Assembly: GCA_001724265.1 (NCBI GenBank)
Contig: MEDY01000178.1
Coordinates: 1 to 56,445 of the forward strand
Source: Rhizaria sp. SCN 62-66
Lineage: Eukaryota
Direction: 5' to 3'
Length of the DNA stretch: 56,445 bases
Shown: piece by piece, positions 1-11,778 of the stretch
How positions within the stretch are numbered: position 1 is the first letter of the stretch
Layout of the letters: every line of letters begins with the position of its first letter
Translations under genes and position numbers: made by a program
Notes under the pieces: generated by a model
Seen by the model: only the letters and a program-made list of their open reading frames with translations
Told to the model about the DNA's origin: nothing
Databases searched by the model: none

Positions 1-183
1 TCCGCCAACTCCGACTACAAGAAGGCCCAGCGTGAGGCTGCCGAGCGTGCCGCCAAGGCCAAGGCTGCTTCCGCCGCCGCCAAGAAGACCGAGAAGAAGA
101 CCACCAAGCCCGCCGCTGCCAAGGAATTCGTCAAGGTCACCCGTGCCACCCGCACCCGCATCACCAACGCCGTCCGCAAGTAA
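1..183 (+). CDS. RPL24: 3' end of a basic Lys/Ala-rich protein, probably 60S ribosomal protein L24 (eL24); partial
   Basis: Frame 1 (not in the ORF track) reads [63 protein letters not shown]. It has strong optimal-codon bias and resembles the eL24 C-terminal helix (RKAQRE..IRAAKEAKK). The conserved N-terminus lies outside the window. Confidence 0.6.
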   Translation, partial: SANSDYKKAQREAAERAAKAKAASAAAKKTEKKTTKPAAAKEFVKVTRATRTRITNAVRK

Positions 184-666
184 AGTAATCAGCCTTGCAT
201 TTGAAAAAACTTGACTGATGACACGAGTAGTGCAAAAACAGAGTCAGTGTATTGGGTGCGAACGACATGAAACAATCAATACATTAACACAATTCCGGAA
301 ATTTTCCTCTTTAAGCTTCTTAATACCCCGTAATACGTTCATTTATGATTCTCATTGCCTTCACACACCGCTGCTCACAGTCGTCTCGGCTCGTAAGGTC
401 AGAATCGAGCCGTTGAGAGCCGTTGAAGGCGAAGGCCGGTGCACGAGGTTATTTGATCAAACTGAAGCGACATCAACGCCGTATAAAACTCAGTTTTAAT
501 AATTTGTCAATAAGTGCCTTCAACATTTCTAAGTTATACTTTCTTATCGTTTTGTCACGAATCGTATTTCATTCACATTGGCCTTACCCGAATCTCGCTC
601 GTGTGTCTGCACCCGCCGCTTCTTCTTGTGATCTTCCTTCCCATTCTTTCCCTCATAGACCGACAG

Positions 667-3600
667 ATGTCTTCATCTGACGGTGGTCTCACCGGAGTCG
701 GCGCTGACTTTGCCGGCACCGCCGTCAAAGTGGCCCTCCGTGTGCGTCCCCTGATGGCATTTGAGATGGCCAACAACAACACAAGCGTTGTCGACTACCC
801 CGACAAGAAGCAGCTCAGCATCGGCGCTAACGCCGCTAAGAAGCGCGCCTTCACCTTCGACCATGTTTACAACGAGAACTCCACCCAAGAGGAAGTCTAC
901 AACACCTCCTGCAAGTCCCTCGTTGACTCTTACCTCGAGGGCTACAACGCCACCATCCTCGCTTACGGCCAGACCGGCTCAGGCAAGACGCACTCGATGG
1001 GCACCGCGGCCACCGCGACGACTAACGCCAACGGCGACTCCGAGCTCGTTCTCTGCGCCCCCAGCGACGGCATTATCCCGCGCGTGATGCGGCAGATCTT
1101 CGAGACGATCCGCTCGCGCCAGCTGACTCACGAGTACACGATCCAGGTGAGCTACGTCGAGCTGCACAACGAAGACCTCATCTGCTTGCTCACGCCCCTT
1201 GACGCCCGCCGCGCGGACCTGACAATCCGCGAGAGCAACGGCGACGTGCAGGTTATGGGCGCGGCGCGCGTGACGGTGGAGAGCTTCGAGCAGATGGGCG
1301 CGTGTCTCGAGCGCGGCTCGCTCAACCGCACAGTCGCAAGCACCAACATGAACGCGACGTCCTCGCGCTCGCACGCCATTTTCACAGTGTACCTCGCGCA
1401 GAAGAAGCTCTCGGCGCGCGGCCGCCGCCTGCGCGCATGCTCCGTCGCTGCCGGCATGGCCTCTGCCACTGCTGCCGCTGACGCAGCCGCTGCTGCCGCG
1501 GCTAATAGCGCGAACCCTGGCGATGAGAACGGGAGTCCTAGCGCCGTTACCTCGCCCACCGCCGCTAGCGCTAACGCCGCTGCTGCCGCCGCTGCGAGTG
1601 GCGAGGCTGAGGACGTGACCGAGGAAGTCCTTGTCTCTAAGTTCAACTTCGTCGATCTCGCTGGTTCCGAGCGCCTCAAGCGCACCGGCGCTCAGGTACG
1701 TTAACATTTTACGAACATATTGCGAGAAAACAAGATATCAACAACTCTAGATTAAATACGCGAGACTTTGTTTTTATACCCACATCCGTACATATTATAA
1801 TTTCGTTTAAGTGACTCACATGAATGAATTCTCTTACATTTTCGTAAATTCTACAGGGCCAACGCATGAAGGAGGCCATCAACATCAACTCCGGCCTCCT
1901 CGCCCTTGGCAACGTCATCTCCGCGCTCGCGGACCCTTCCCGCGGCCCCAAGCGCCACATCCCGTTCCGCGACAGCAAGATCACGCGTTTGCTGCAGGAC
2001 TCGCTGGGCGGCAACGCGCAGATGCTCATGATGGCGTGCATTTCCCCCGCCGACGTCAACGAGGAGGAGTCGCTCAACACGCTGCAGTACGCCAACCGCG
2101 CCAAGAACATCCGTAACAAGCCTGTGATCAACCGCGACCCCATGCTTGTAAAGATCGCCGAGCTCAAGGCGCGCGTGGCCGAGCTCGAGGCCAACGGCGG
2201 CGGCGGCGGCGGCGGCGGCGCGTACGGCGGGCTGAGCGCGATGGAGCTTGCGCGGCAGGTGCGGCAGTGGCAGGAGCGCGCCGAAGTGCACGAGCTGGAG
2301 GCAAAGCGGCTCGCGCGCGAGCTCGCCGAGACGCGGCACTACGCGACGGAGCAGGCGCGGATGGCGTGCGAGGCGCAAGTTATCAACGGGGTGACACAGC
2401 AGCGCATGGAACAGCTGCTGGCCGCGCTCGAGGCGCTTGAGCAGGAGAAGTACGACAAGGCGCAGTTTGCGCTGGCTAACAACAGCAACAGCAACAGCAA
2501 TAGCAATAGCGACGCTAGCTCGAGTGAAGCTGCTGGCAGTGCTTCTGCTGATTCTGAGTGCAAGACTGACGACAACGCTAGCGCTGCCTCTGCTGCCCCT
2601 GCTGCTGCCGCGGCCGCCGCTGCGACCAACACCGACGGCTCAATTCGCGCCCTCATCAGCCAGTTCAAGCGCCCCGCCGCCATCAGCGCGGCCAACGCCA
2701 CCGCGGCCACCGTCACGCCGATTATGGGCATGCCCGGCGCACGCGCTGAGACGGTCGCGGTGAAGCGCGCGCACCGCAAGCTGCGCAGCGCGAAGCAGGC
2801 TATGGAGCGTGTGCTGCGGTCCATTTCGCTCGCTTCCGAGGCCGGCGCCGCCGTGGCCAGCGCGGCGGGCATCACCATCACCGTGAACAACAACGCGGAC
2901 GCTGCGAGCGGCAGCTCAACCGCGAACATCAACGGCGACCTCGCTGCTGCAGCTATTGCTGACGGCAACGAGACTGCTGCTTCCGCTGCCGCTGACGCGA
3001 CTGCCGCGAGCCCTGCTGTTGCTGCCGCTACCGGTGCGGAGAGCGACGAGGTTGACCTCGGCTTCGTCATCGACGGCGAGGACACCTACAACAGCGCCGA
3101 CGCCAACATCAACGCCGAGCTTCAGCAGCAGCAGCAGGGCAGCCTCACCGTTCCTTCCGCCACTGCCGCCGGCGCCAGCGCCGCCACGGTCACCGCGACG
3201 CCCGCGCGCGCCCCCGCGTGCCGCGTGGCGCGTCTGGCCGCCGCGGCCGCCGCCAGCAGTGCGAAGCTCAAGCCGCTGTCACAGCACGATCAGGCAGCAG
3301 CGCAGGCCCAGGCGCAGGCGCAGGCGCAGCTGGAGGCGGCGCGCGCGCTCAAGGCCGCGCTGGCCGCGCTGGCGACCGAGTCCGACGCCGAAGACGACGA
3401 CGAGGAGGGCAACGACGACGACGACGATGACGACGAGAACCACGACGATGACGACGGCGAGGATTTCAGTGATTGTGACGAGAACAGCGCAAACAACGCT
3501 GGCAGCGCGCGCGGCGGCAGCGCTGCGGGCGGCGCCAAGAGCGGCAGCAGCGGCCGCGTTGGGGCGCGCTCTAGCAAGCGCAACGGCATGGGCGCCAACG

Positions 3601-6481
3601 GTGGCCGCGGCGGCAGCAACGACGACGACGTCGAGGCGAAGCTGCTCGCGGACATGAAGGAGCACCTCTACCTCGACCAGCAGCTCAAGGCGCTGTCCAA
3701 GGAGCACGAGACGCTCAACAATACGCTCAACGCGAAGCAGAGCAAGATGAACGAGCTCTCTCGCGCGCAGGAGGAGGCGCGGCTGAACCACGACTTGTAC
3801 GTGCGCAAGTGCGCCGAGATGGAGCGTGAGATGACACGCGTCGCCCGCGAGCGTGACCAGGTGCTGGAGAAGCTGCGCCGCCAGCAGGACGCGACGGGCA
3901 AGGCGGCGGCGGAAAACCGGTACGCGAAGCAGCTGAGCGAGCTGCGCGACCAGCTGACCGAGGTCAAGAGCAAGCTGCGCATGGCCGAGAAGGCCAAGAC
4001 GCAGGCGGACAACGACGCGCGCCTCATCGTGGACCTGCGCGAGCAGATCATGGCGATGAAGCGCGACAAGGTGGCACTGGCGCAACAGATGGAGGACAAG
4101 GTGAGCCGCCAGCGCGAGCAGGTGAGTGAGCGCGAGCGTCTGCTGAACCAGCTGCGCCGCAAGTCGCGCCGCGACCAGTACGAGACGACCGCGCTGCGCC
4201 GCGACATCAGCAACAAGGCTGCCGTCATCAAGCGACTGCAGACCGAGGTCGGCGCGCTCAAGCGCCGCATCAGTCTGTTTGACGCCCGTCGCGCGCGCGT
4301 GATGTCTGTGCGCGAGTCCTCCCGCCGCGCCCTCGAGCGCAGGTATGTTCCCATTCTTTCGATCATCATCAAACAAAGCAAATATTTATTGAGCTGATTT
4401 TTTTGAAATGCGATGTCATTTTGTTGTATTTTCGAGATTGCTCAATAATTTTATCTTGATTTTTATGTTGATTAATCAATATCTTTTGCTTTGTTTCTTT
4501 GTTTTGCATTTTCTTCGATCTTAGGGCCCCGTCGCAACCCCCGTGGAAGGCTACTTCCGTCCGCCGCGGTGGCACTTTCCCCACTGTCGCGACCAACGCC
4601 GCCGCCACGTGCTCCGGCGCGCCCGCCGGCAGCGTGAGCGTCGTCGTCGGGCAGCAGCAGCAGGGCCTCGTCGCGGCCGCTTCGCTGCACTCGTCGGCCT
4701 TCGCCTCTGCTGCGAACAACAGCGGCAACACTGGCGCGAACGCTTACTCGTACACTCCCGTTCCCGGCACTGAGGGTGCTGAAGAGAGCGGCCTGACTTC
4801 CGTCGCCGCTGCAGTCGCCTCCGCCTTTGCGCCCGCCCCTGCCCCTGCCCCCGCAACGGTTGACGCGAGCATCGTGGCTTCCTTCGCCGCCGCCCTCGCC
4901 ACGTCTGCGAGCACTGATGCTCTCAACAGCACGAACGGCAACAAGAGCATTGATGCAAACGCCACAAACGCCAGTGCTGTTGTTGAGAACAAGAACGACG
5001 CGAAGGCTGCTGACGCTAACGATGATGATGAGAATGAGGCGGACGTCAGCGTCTTGCACCTCAACCTCAACAGCAACGGCTCTACCGCCGTGGCGGCTTC
5101 CGGCGCCGACAACGAGGACGAGTGCGATGCCATGCCCAAGCTGCCTGCCGTTTCTTGCCTCACGCCTCAGCGCAACAGCAGCGCTGCCGCCGCTGCCGCT
5201 TCTACCGACGCCGCTGGCGCTAACAAGGTCAAGATCGTCGGCTCCCCGTCGCTGTCGATGTTCACCCCCAGCAAGCTGGCACAGGGCTCCAGCTTCCAGC
5301 CGCTGCCGCCGCTCTCGTCCTTCACGGTCGACGACTCCGCGCTCACATCGCCCTCGCGCGCGCGCTACCTCGCCGCCGCCGCCGCGGTCGTCTCCCCCTC
5401 GCGCGCCCGCCTTATGCTGTCTGCCGCGTCCCCCATCCGCTCCCCCCTCCGCAGCACCACCAGCAGCAGCGCAGGCAGCAGCATGAGCGGCATCGACCGC
5501 GATGGCAGCGACGCGGGCGTGAGCGGGACTATGAACGCCGCTGTCGCAAGCGTCGACGCCGCCTGCGGCGACAGCGCCGTCGTGCGCAGCCTCTGCGAGG
5601 ACGACCTGGACATGGTGCGCTCGCTGCTGCCGCTACTGCCTGCGGCCAACAGCGACAGCAACGACGTGGCCGACTGTAACGGCCACAGCGAGAGCGACTC
5701 CGCTGCCGAGGGCCCCAGCGCCAGCGCGGTTGCTGCTGCTCTGGAGGCCGAGGCCGAGGCCGCGGCTGCCGCTGATGACGCCGAGGCTGACGCTGATGCG
5801 AAGGCAGAGGCTGAGGTTGACGCTGACGCTAGCGCTGAGGCCGATGCTGAGGCTGTTGCGGTCCCGTGGCACGGCATCGCCCACGAGTCCGCCGCCGCCG
5901 CCGCCGTCTTCGCCGCCGCTGCGGCCGCCGCCACCGCTGCTGCCTCGAACCCTGTTGCTCCGGCCTCCTCCAGCGGCACGGCGACCGCGGCCGCGGCCGC
6001 GAACAAGGGCGCGACGGGCACCGACGCTGTTACCGCGGTCTTCGCCACGGCCAAGGCCGAGGAAGACAAGAGCATGGGCGCGGCGCTGCTCCCACTGCGG
6101 CCGCTCTCCGCCGCGGCTCACGCCCACGGCCACGGCCACGGCCACGGCCACGCGGACGGCGAGAACGCCGCGACCACGGCAACCGCCCCCGCGGTGACTG
6201 TGAATCCGGCCGCGGGCGTGTCTCGCGCCAGCCTCGGCCGCCGCGGCCGGCCGCTGTCCACGTCGAGCGCCGCGAGCGCTGGCGCGGCCGCGGCTGCGAC
6301 CGCGGCGGCTAGCAACGGCGGGAAGAAGCAGCCGTTCGCGGCCGTGTCCGCGGCTGACGCGGCCGGCAACAACGCAAGCAGCAGTGCTGACGGCAGCGGC
6401 GGCAACGACAGTGCACCTGTCAAGACTACTCGCTCGTCTGCGCGCATCAGCAACGGTAACCCTCGCAAGTCTGTCCTTTAA
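667..6481 (+). CDS. Kinesin-4-like (KIF4/KIF21/KIF27 type) N-terminal motor kinesin, ~1823 aa, 3 exons
   Basis: Exons 667-1695, 1857-4342, 4525-6481 with phase-consistent GTACGT..CAG and GTATGT..TAG introns. Motifs: [11 protein letters not shown]-loop GQTGSGKT, switch [10 protein letters not shown], switch [53 protein letters not shown] coiled coil and a low-complexity tail follow. Stop TAA. Confidence 0.9.
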
Positions 6482-7339
6482 GCACGCAGACAACGTGTTC
6501 AGAGCAGATTGATGACTGAAAGTTTCAGTTGTTATAGTACTCTATGAGCAGTACTTTTCAATATTTTTTTTTGAGCCTGTGCATTTCTTTTATATTAGCA
6601 AGTCTTCGATGTTTTTTAGTCTTCACATTGTCTCTTTTATTCCTACTCTCGGTGTCCATAATCGTATTTGTGTGTATTTTCAGTGTTTCGATGGATCACC
6701 CGCGCAGTGTATGCGTGGCTTTGCTTGGTGTACCCACTAAAAACGCTTCATAATAGTCTAATTTAAGCTTGTGATTGTGTTTAAAATGCAGATGTTGTGG
6801 CTTCAACTCACATTTGCTTTGCTCGCGGCACGAACTCATGTGGCTGTTATCTTGAAACCAAGATGATATCTTCTTGGCGACTTTTCAAAAACAAGAACAA
6901 CAATAATACAACTGTCATTTGAACATTGTATTTGAATCTCACAATTATTTCACGAGACCTATGCCGTCTTCGCGGAGATGCTGTTGCCGTTGTATGGCAA
7001 ATGCAACGCAGGACAGACCACTTTCTCTCAATCTCTCACAGATCGTGTCCAAAATCATCGGAATCATCGGAATCATAGCTTTAAGTAATATGTTATTTGT
7101 ATGATATGAGATCGAAGATTTACGATTGTCACAGACCGAGAGGCCGACAACTCGAAGTGCCATGATCATCATCAGGCAAACTTTTATCCATAAACTTACA
7201 TACACGGAGAGATAAAAATATAATGCTGTATTTGAGATGTTTTCAAATCAAGATATATTAAAATTGAGCTATAAACTAGGTTTCAAGATATTATTTGGTT
7301 CCAATTGAACGAACGCATTCTGGTGATGCGATTAAGGGT

Positions 7340-10300
7340 TTAAATGTCCATATCCATCTCCATATCATCGTCACCGTCGTCGTCACCATCATTCGCGCCG
7401 GCCACTGCAGGCGCAGCGGTAGCAGGTGCAGCCACAGCAGGAGTCACAGGGGACGTAGGCTTCTTCACAATAGCAGCAGCGGAAACGGTCGGCTTCGCGA
7501 TACTACTTGAGCTCTTGCCAAAGTCGTCCTCATCATCTTCATCGTCATTGTCATCGATGTCAGAGCTGGAGGTGAGGTTCATTTTGATTGAGTCAGATTC
7601 GTCACCGTCCAAATCACTCTTGTCACCGCCAGCAGCAGCATTCACAGCGCCAGCGCCGGCAGCGGCAGCGGATGCGACAGTATTAGTGTTGGCGTTGTCG
7701 TTTGACTTCGCGTTGGGTGACGCAGCAGTTGTTGCAGACAGAGGCGAGATCGCAGAAACTGGAGAGATCACAGCGCCGCGCGAGGTGTCCGAAAGCGGAG
7801 AGGCAGCGGAAACTGGAGAAGGCGATGACATTGGCGAAATGTCTCCGATGCTCGCAGCGGCATCGTCAGCCTCAGCGTCACTGCCGCTAGCGAGATTGAT
7901 GTCGTCATCATCATCAACGCCGTCATCGTCGCCGTCATCACCGGCAACGGAACTCGCGAGAGCAGCGCTCGCACCCTCGTTCGCACTTGCGGCGGCATTC
8001 GCGGTGGCCTTCGAGCTCGAGCTCGGGCTCGGGCTCGCGACGGCGGCGTCGGTCGCCTTGACGCTGGTACTTGGACTGGCTGTCAACGCGGCAGAGCCCG
8101 TCTTGGTCTTCGAGCTGGGACTCGCGAGGACGGAGTCAGCCTTGGGTTTCGGGGTCGCACTCGGGCCCGCGGCGACATCCACTGCGAGCTTCGACTCCGC
8201 AGCCTTCGGACTGGCAGCAGCAGCGACAGGCTTAGGGGTCGCGGCACCCTCGGAGGTGTCGGGGGTCGACGGGGTCGCTGCCGTTGCGGCGGGCCGAGGG
8301 CTGCCGGCCTTCGGGCTCGTGGCGGCCACAGTAGCCGTCGCTTCCGTCTTGGGGCTACCAGCAACGGGAGCGGCTGCGGGCTTAGGACTAGCAGGGGCAG
8401 GCGTCTTTGCAGCGCCCTTGTCATCCTCCGCGGCGTCTGTGGCGTTGACAGCGTCATCGTCGTCGTCGCTGCTGCTCGCAAACAGGCCGCGGCTGTTGTC
8501 ACTGTCACTGAGGTCGACGTCGTCCTCATCCTCGTCTTCATCCTTGTCAGCCTTAGCCTTTGCATCAGCCTCACCCTTGGCCTTAGCCTTCGCCTCAGAT
8601 TCAGCCTTGGCCTTCGCCTTTGCTTCCGCATCGGCCTTGGTCTTGCTTTCTGCTTCAGCTGCAGCCTTCGCATCCGCGTCAGCCTTTGCTTTAGCGTCAG
8701 CATCTGCTTTAGCCTTAGTCTTGGCCGCAGCCTCAGACTCAGCCTCCGCAGCAGCCTTCGCCTCGGCCTCAGCAGCAGCCTTTGCCTTAGCCTGGACCTC
8801 AGCTTCGGCGTCTGCAGCGGCCTTGGCATCAGCTTCAGCCTTTGCATTGGCCTCGGCATCTGCCTCCGCTTTGGCTTGAGCATCTGCCTCCGCCTTGGCG
8901 ATCGCCTCAGCAGCGGCAGCAGCCTCGGCAGCGGCAGCAGCCTCGGCAGTAGCAGCCTCTGCCTCAGCCTTGGCTTTGGAATTAGCTTCAGCATCAGCCT
9001 TGATCTTGGCATCAGCAGCAGCCTCATCCTCAGCAGCAGTCTGAGCGGCATAAGCTTCCTCAGCAGTATCAGACGCCGCCTCAGCCACCGGCTTAGCATC
9101 GGCATCAGCATCTGCCTCAAGCTCGGCAAGCAGCACTCTCTTGGTGCTCTCGGCGGCGGCGTCGTCAGCATTCTCAGCCTGAGCACCGACCGCGCTATCA
9201 TCATCATCAACTTCGTTGTTGTCAGTGGCGTCCAGCGCGTCAGCGTTGTTGTCATCGTCACCGTTGTCGCCAGCAATGTTGCCGCGAGTGCCGCCGTTGT
9301 TGCGCCGCGAGGCCGCAGTCACCAGCGGCGGCGACATCGGCGCCGGCACCTTGGCCACGCTCTGCTGCACCTGCAGGTGCAGCTGCGCCTCCTGCTGCTG
9401 CTGCGCCGCCAGCGCTGCGGCGCGCTGCCGCTCCCGCTCCTCGCGTTCCTCACGCCGCTCGCGCCGCTTGCGGGCCTCGTCCTCGAGGCGGGCCGCGGTC
9501 TCCGCGCTCGCCGCCTGCGTCTCGTCGAGCGCATCCTGGGGGTGTGAATCAGTGATGAGAAAGCAAAGGGAAACATAGGGGATGAGTTGAACAGGACGAT
9601 ATAGAAGAGGATCGAAGCAGCATGATGAAAAATACAGTTACCACACAAAGAAATACGAGTCAATACAAGTTAATAACTACATTTCATAGAAACATGTTTC
9701 AAAGCCGTTACAGTAATATGATATTGACGCACCTCTTCGTTTCCGGTGGACACATCAAGTCCCAGCGCCTTCGAGGTTTGCACCCGGCTGACCACAGCGC
9801 CGAACACGGCGCTGCCGCCCGCCGCAGAGCCCGCGCCCGCGCCCGTGCCCGCAGCGCCGGTGGCGTTGGCGAACCCGCTCTTGCTGTTGGAGCTGCCGGT
9901 GAGGCTCGCGTTGCTGTTGCTGGTGGCGAGCGCGCGGCGGCTCGACCCGGGCGGGCTCCCCGTCACGGTCACGCTCTCACCGTCGTCACCAGCCGCCGCG
10001 CCCGCGCCGCCGCCGCCGCCGCTGGGGTTCGCGGCCGACTGCGGCGCCGTGAAGGGCTTGTACTCGCGCTCATAGACCGACAGCACGTTGTTTCCGCGCA
10101 GATTGCCAAGAGACGACAGACGGCCCCACTCTACAGCAGCCGCGGCGTCGAAGGCCGGCGACTGGGAGCCCGCGTTCGCGCCCGCGCCGTTGCCGTTGCC
10201 ATTGCTATTGTTGCTGTTGTGGAGGTGCGTGTGCTGCGCGAGCCGCGGCTGGTACATCGACGTGGCCTTGACCAGCGCGGGGTCGTGCGCCACCGCCTTG

Positions 10301-11737
10301 TAGCCGCCGTTGAACAGGGACATGCTCGCGGGGCCGCCGGCGCCCGCCGTCGCGGCGCCACTGCCGTTGCGCTTGTGGATCCCGCCCGCGCCACTGGCGC
10401 CGCCCGCCGCCGCTGTGGTGTTGGAGGGGAACCGCGAGCGCAGGCCAGGGCGCGGGGACGACTTGTTGCCGCCGCTGCCGCCGCCGGGGTTGAGGGAGGC
10501 CGCGTCTCTGAAGCCGTCGATCGCCGTCGCGGCCAGCGCCACGACAGAGCGGCGGCGCACGCTGCCGGCGCTGTCGCCGGCCGCGTTGTCGTTAGCGTTG
10601 GCGCTGCTGCTGCCGCTGTTGTTGTTAGCGCTGCTGCTAGAGTTAATCGCGGGCGTGCTGGCGGTGTTGTCGGACGAAAGCGCACTGCTGCTGTTGCTGC
10701 TGTTGTTGCTGCCGGCGCCACCGTAGCTGGCATTATTGCCGCCGACCAGCCCCAGCATCTCGTAGTACAGGTACCCAGCCTCGGCCGCCGCCTCGGCCGC
10801 CGCCGCGCGCGCTGCTGCAGCTGCCGCGGCCGCCCGCGCGGCAGCGACGGCTGGCGCCTTGGCCTTGGCCTCGGCCTCCGCCGCAGCCGCCGCGGCAGCC
10901 TTCTTCTTCTTGGGGCCCGACTTTTTCGGTCCCGGCGACGCCGACCCCGACCCCGCCGACACCGACGCCGCGCCCGCGGCCGCGAAGCCGTCGCCGTGGT
11001 CGCGGCTGAGCACGGCCGCGGTGGTGGCGGCGAGCAACACAGCGGCGGCGTTCGTGGTGGGCACAAGCACAGGCGCCGTCACCGCCGCGCGCGCCTTCGC
11101 CGCGGCCTCGGCCTCGGCGGCCTCCGCGGCGGCCACGGCGGCCCAGGCGAGGCGGCGCGCGCGAGCTGCCTCGCTGGCGGCGGCGGCGAGCGCAGCCGTG
11201 TCCACCGTGGCCTCTTCGAGCGCTGAGAGCGACTGCGCGTTGCTAGACCCCGAGCCAGAGCCAGAGCCAGAACCAGAGCTAGAGCCAGTCGAGCTAGAGC
11301 TCGAGCCTGAGGAAGATGAGGATGCGGAGATCCCGCGGTTCGCGAGCCAGGCGGAGGCCGAGTCGAGCGTCGCCGCGGCGTCGGTATGCAGCCGCGTGAG
11401 GATGAAGTCGCGGTCCGCGGCCAGCAGCGCGAGGCAGCGCAGGCGGCGCTCGGCCAGGTCGGGGAACTGCTGCAGCTGCGGCGTGGGGACCGAGGCCAGC
11501 GCGGTGATGCTCAGCCGACTGGACGACGCAGTTGCGCTCGCATTCGCACTAGCGCTGAAACTGCTGCTGTTGTTCAGAGGCGGGAGCAGCATCGAGCCGC
11601 TGCCCACAGTGCTGCCGGCGTTGAGAGCGCCCGCACCCGCGCTGGTTGAGGTCGCAGTCGTCGTGGTGGAGAGGAGCGAGAAGATGTCGGGGTACTGGTT
11701 GTGCTCGCAGTCATTGACACCAGAGACACTTACATTC

Positions 11738-11778
<41 letters not shown>

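Noticed and set aside
514-666. ORF-track N-terminal extensions from GTG/TTG starts (also 15665, 26557, 36231, 4499, 42772)
   Set aside because: They run through AT- or pyrimidine-rich intron/UTR sequence. The true starts or splice acceptors lie downstream.
8545-9030. TolA-like AKAEA repeat suggesting bacterial origin or HGT
   Set aside because: The similarity is compositional only, and the repeat sits inside a spliced eukaryotic exon with host codon usage.
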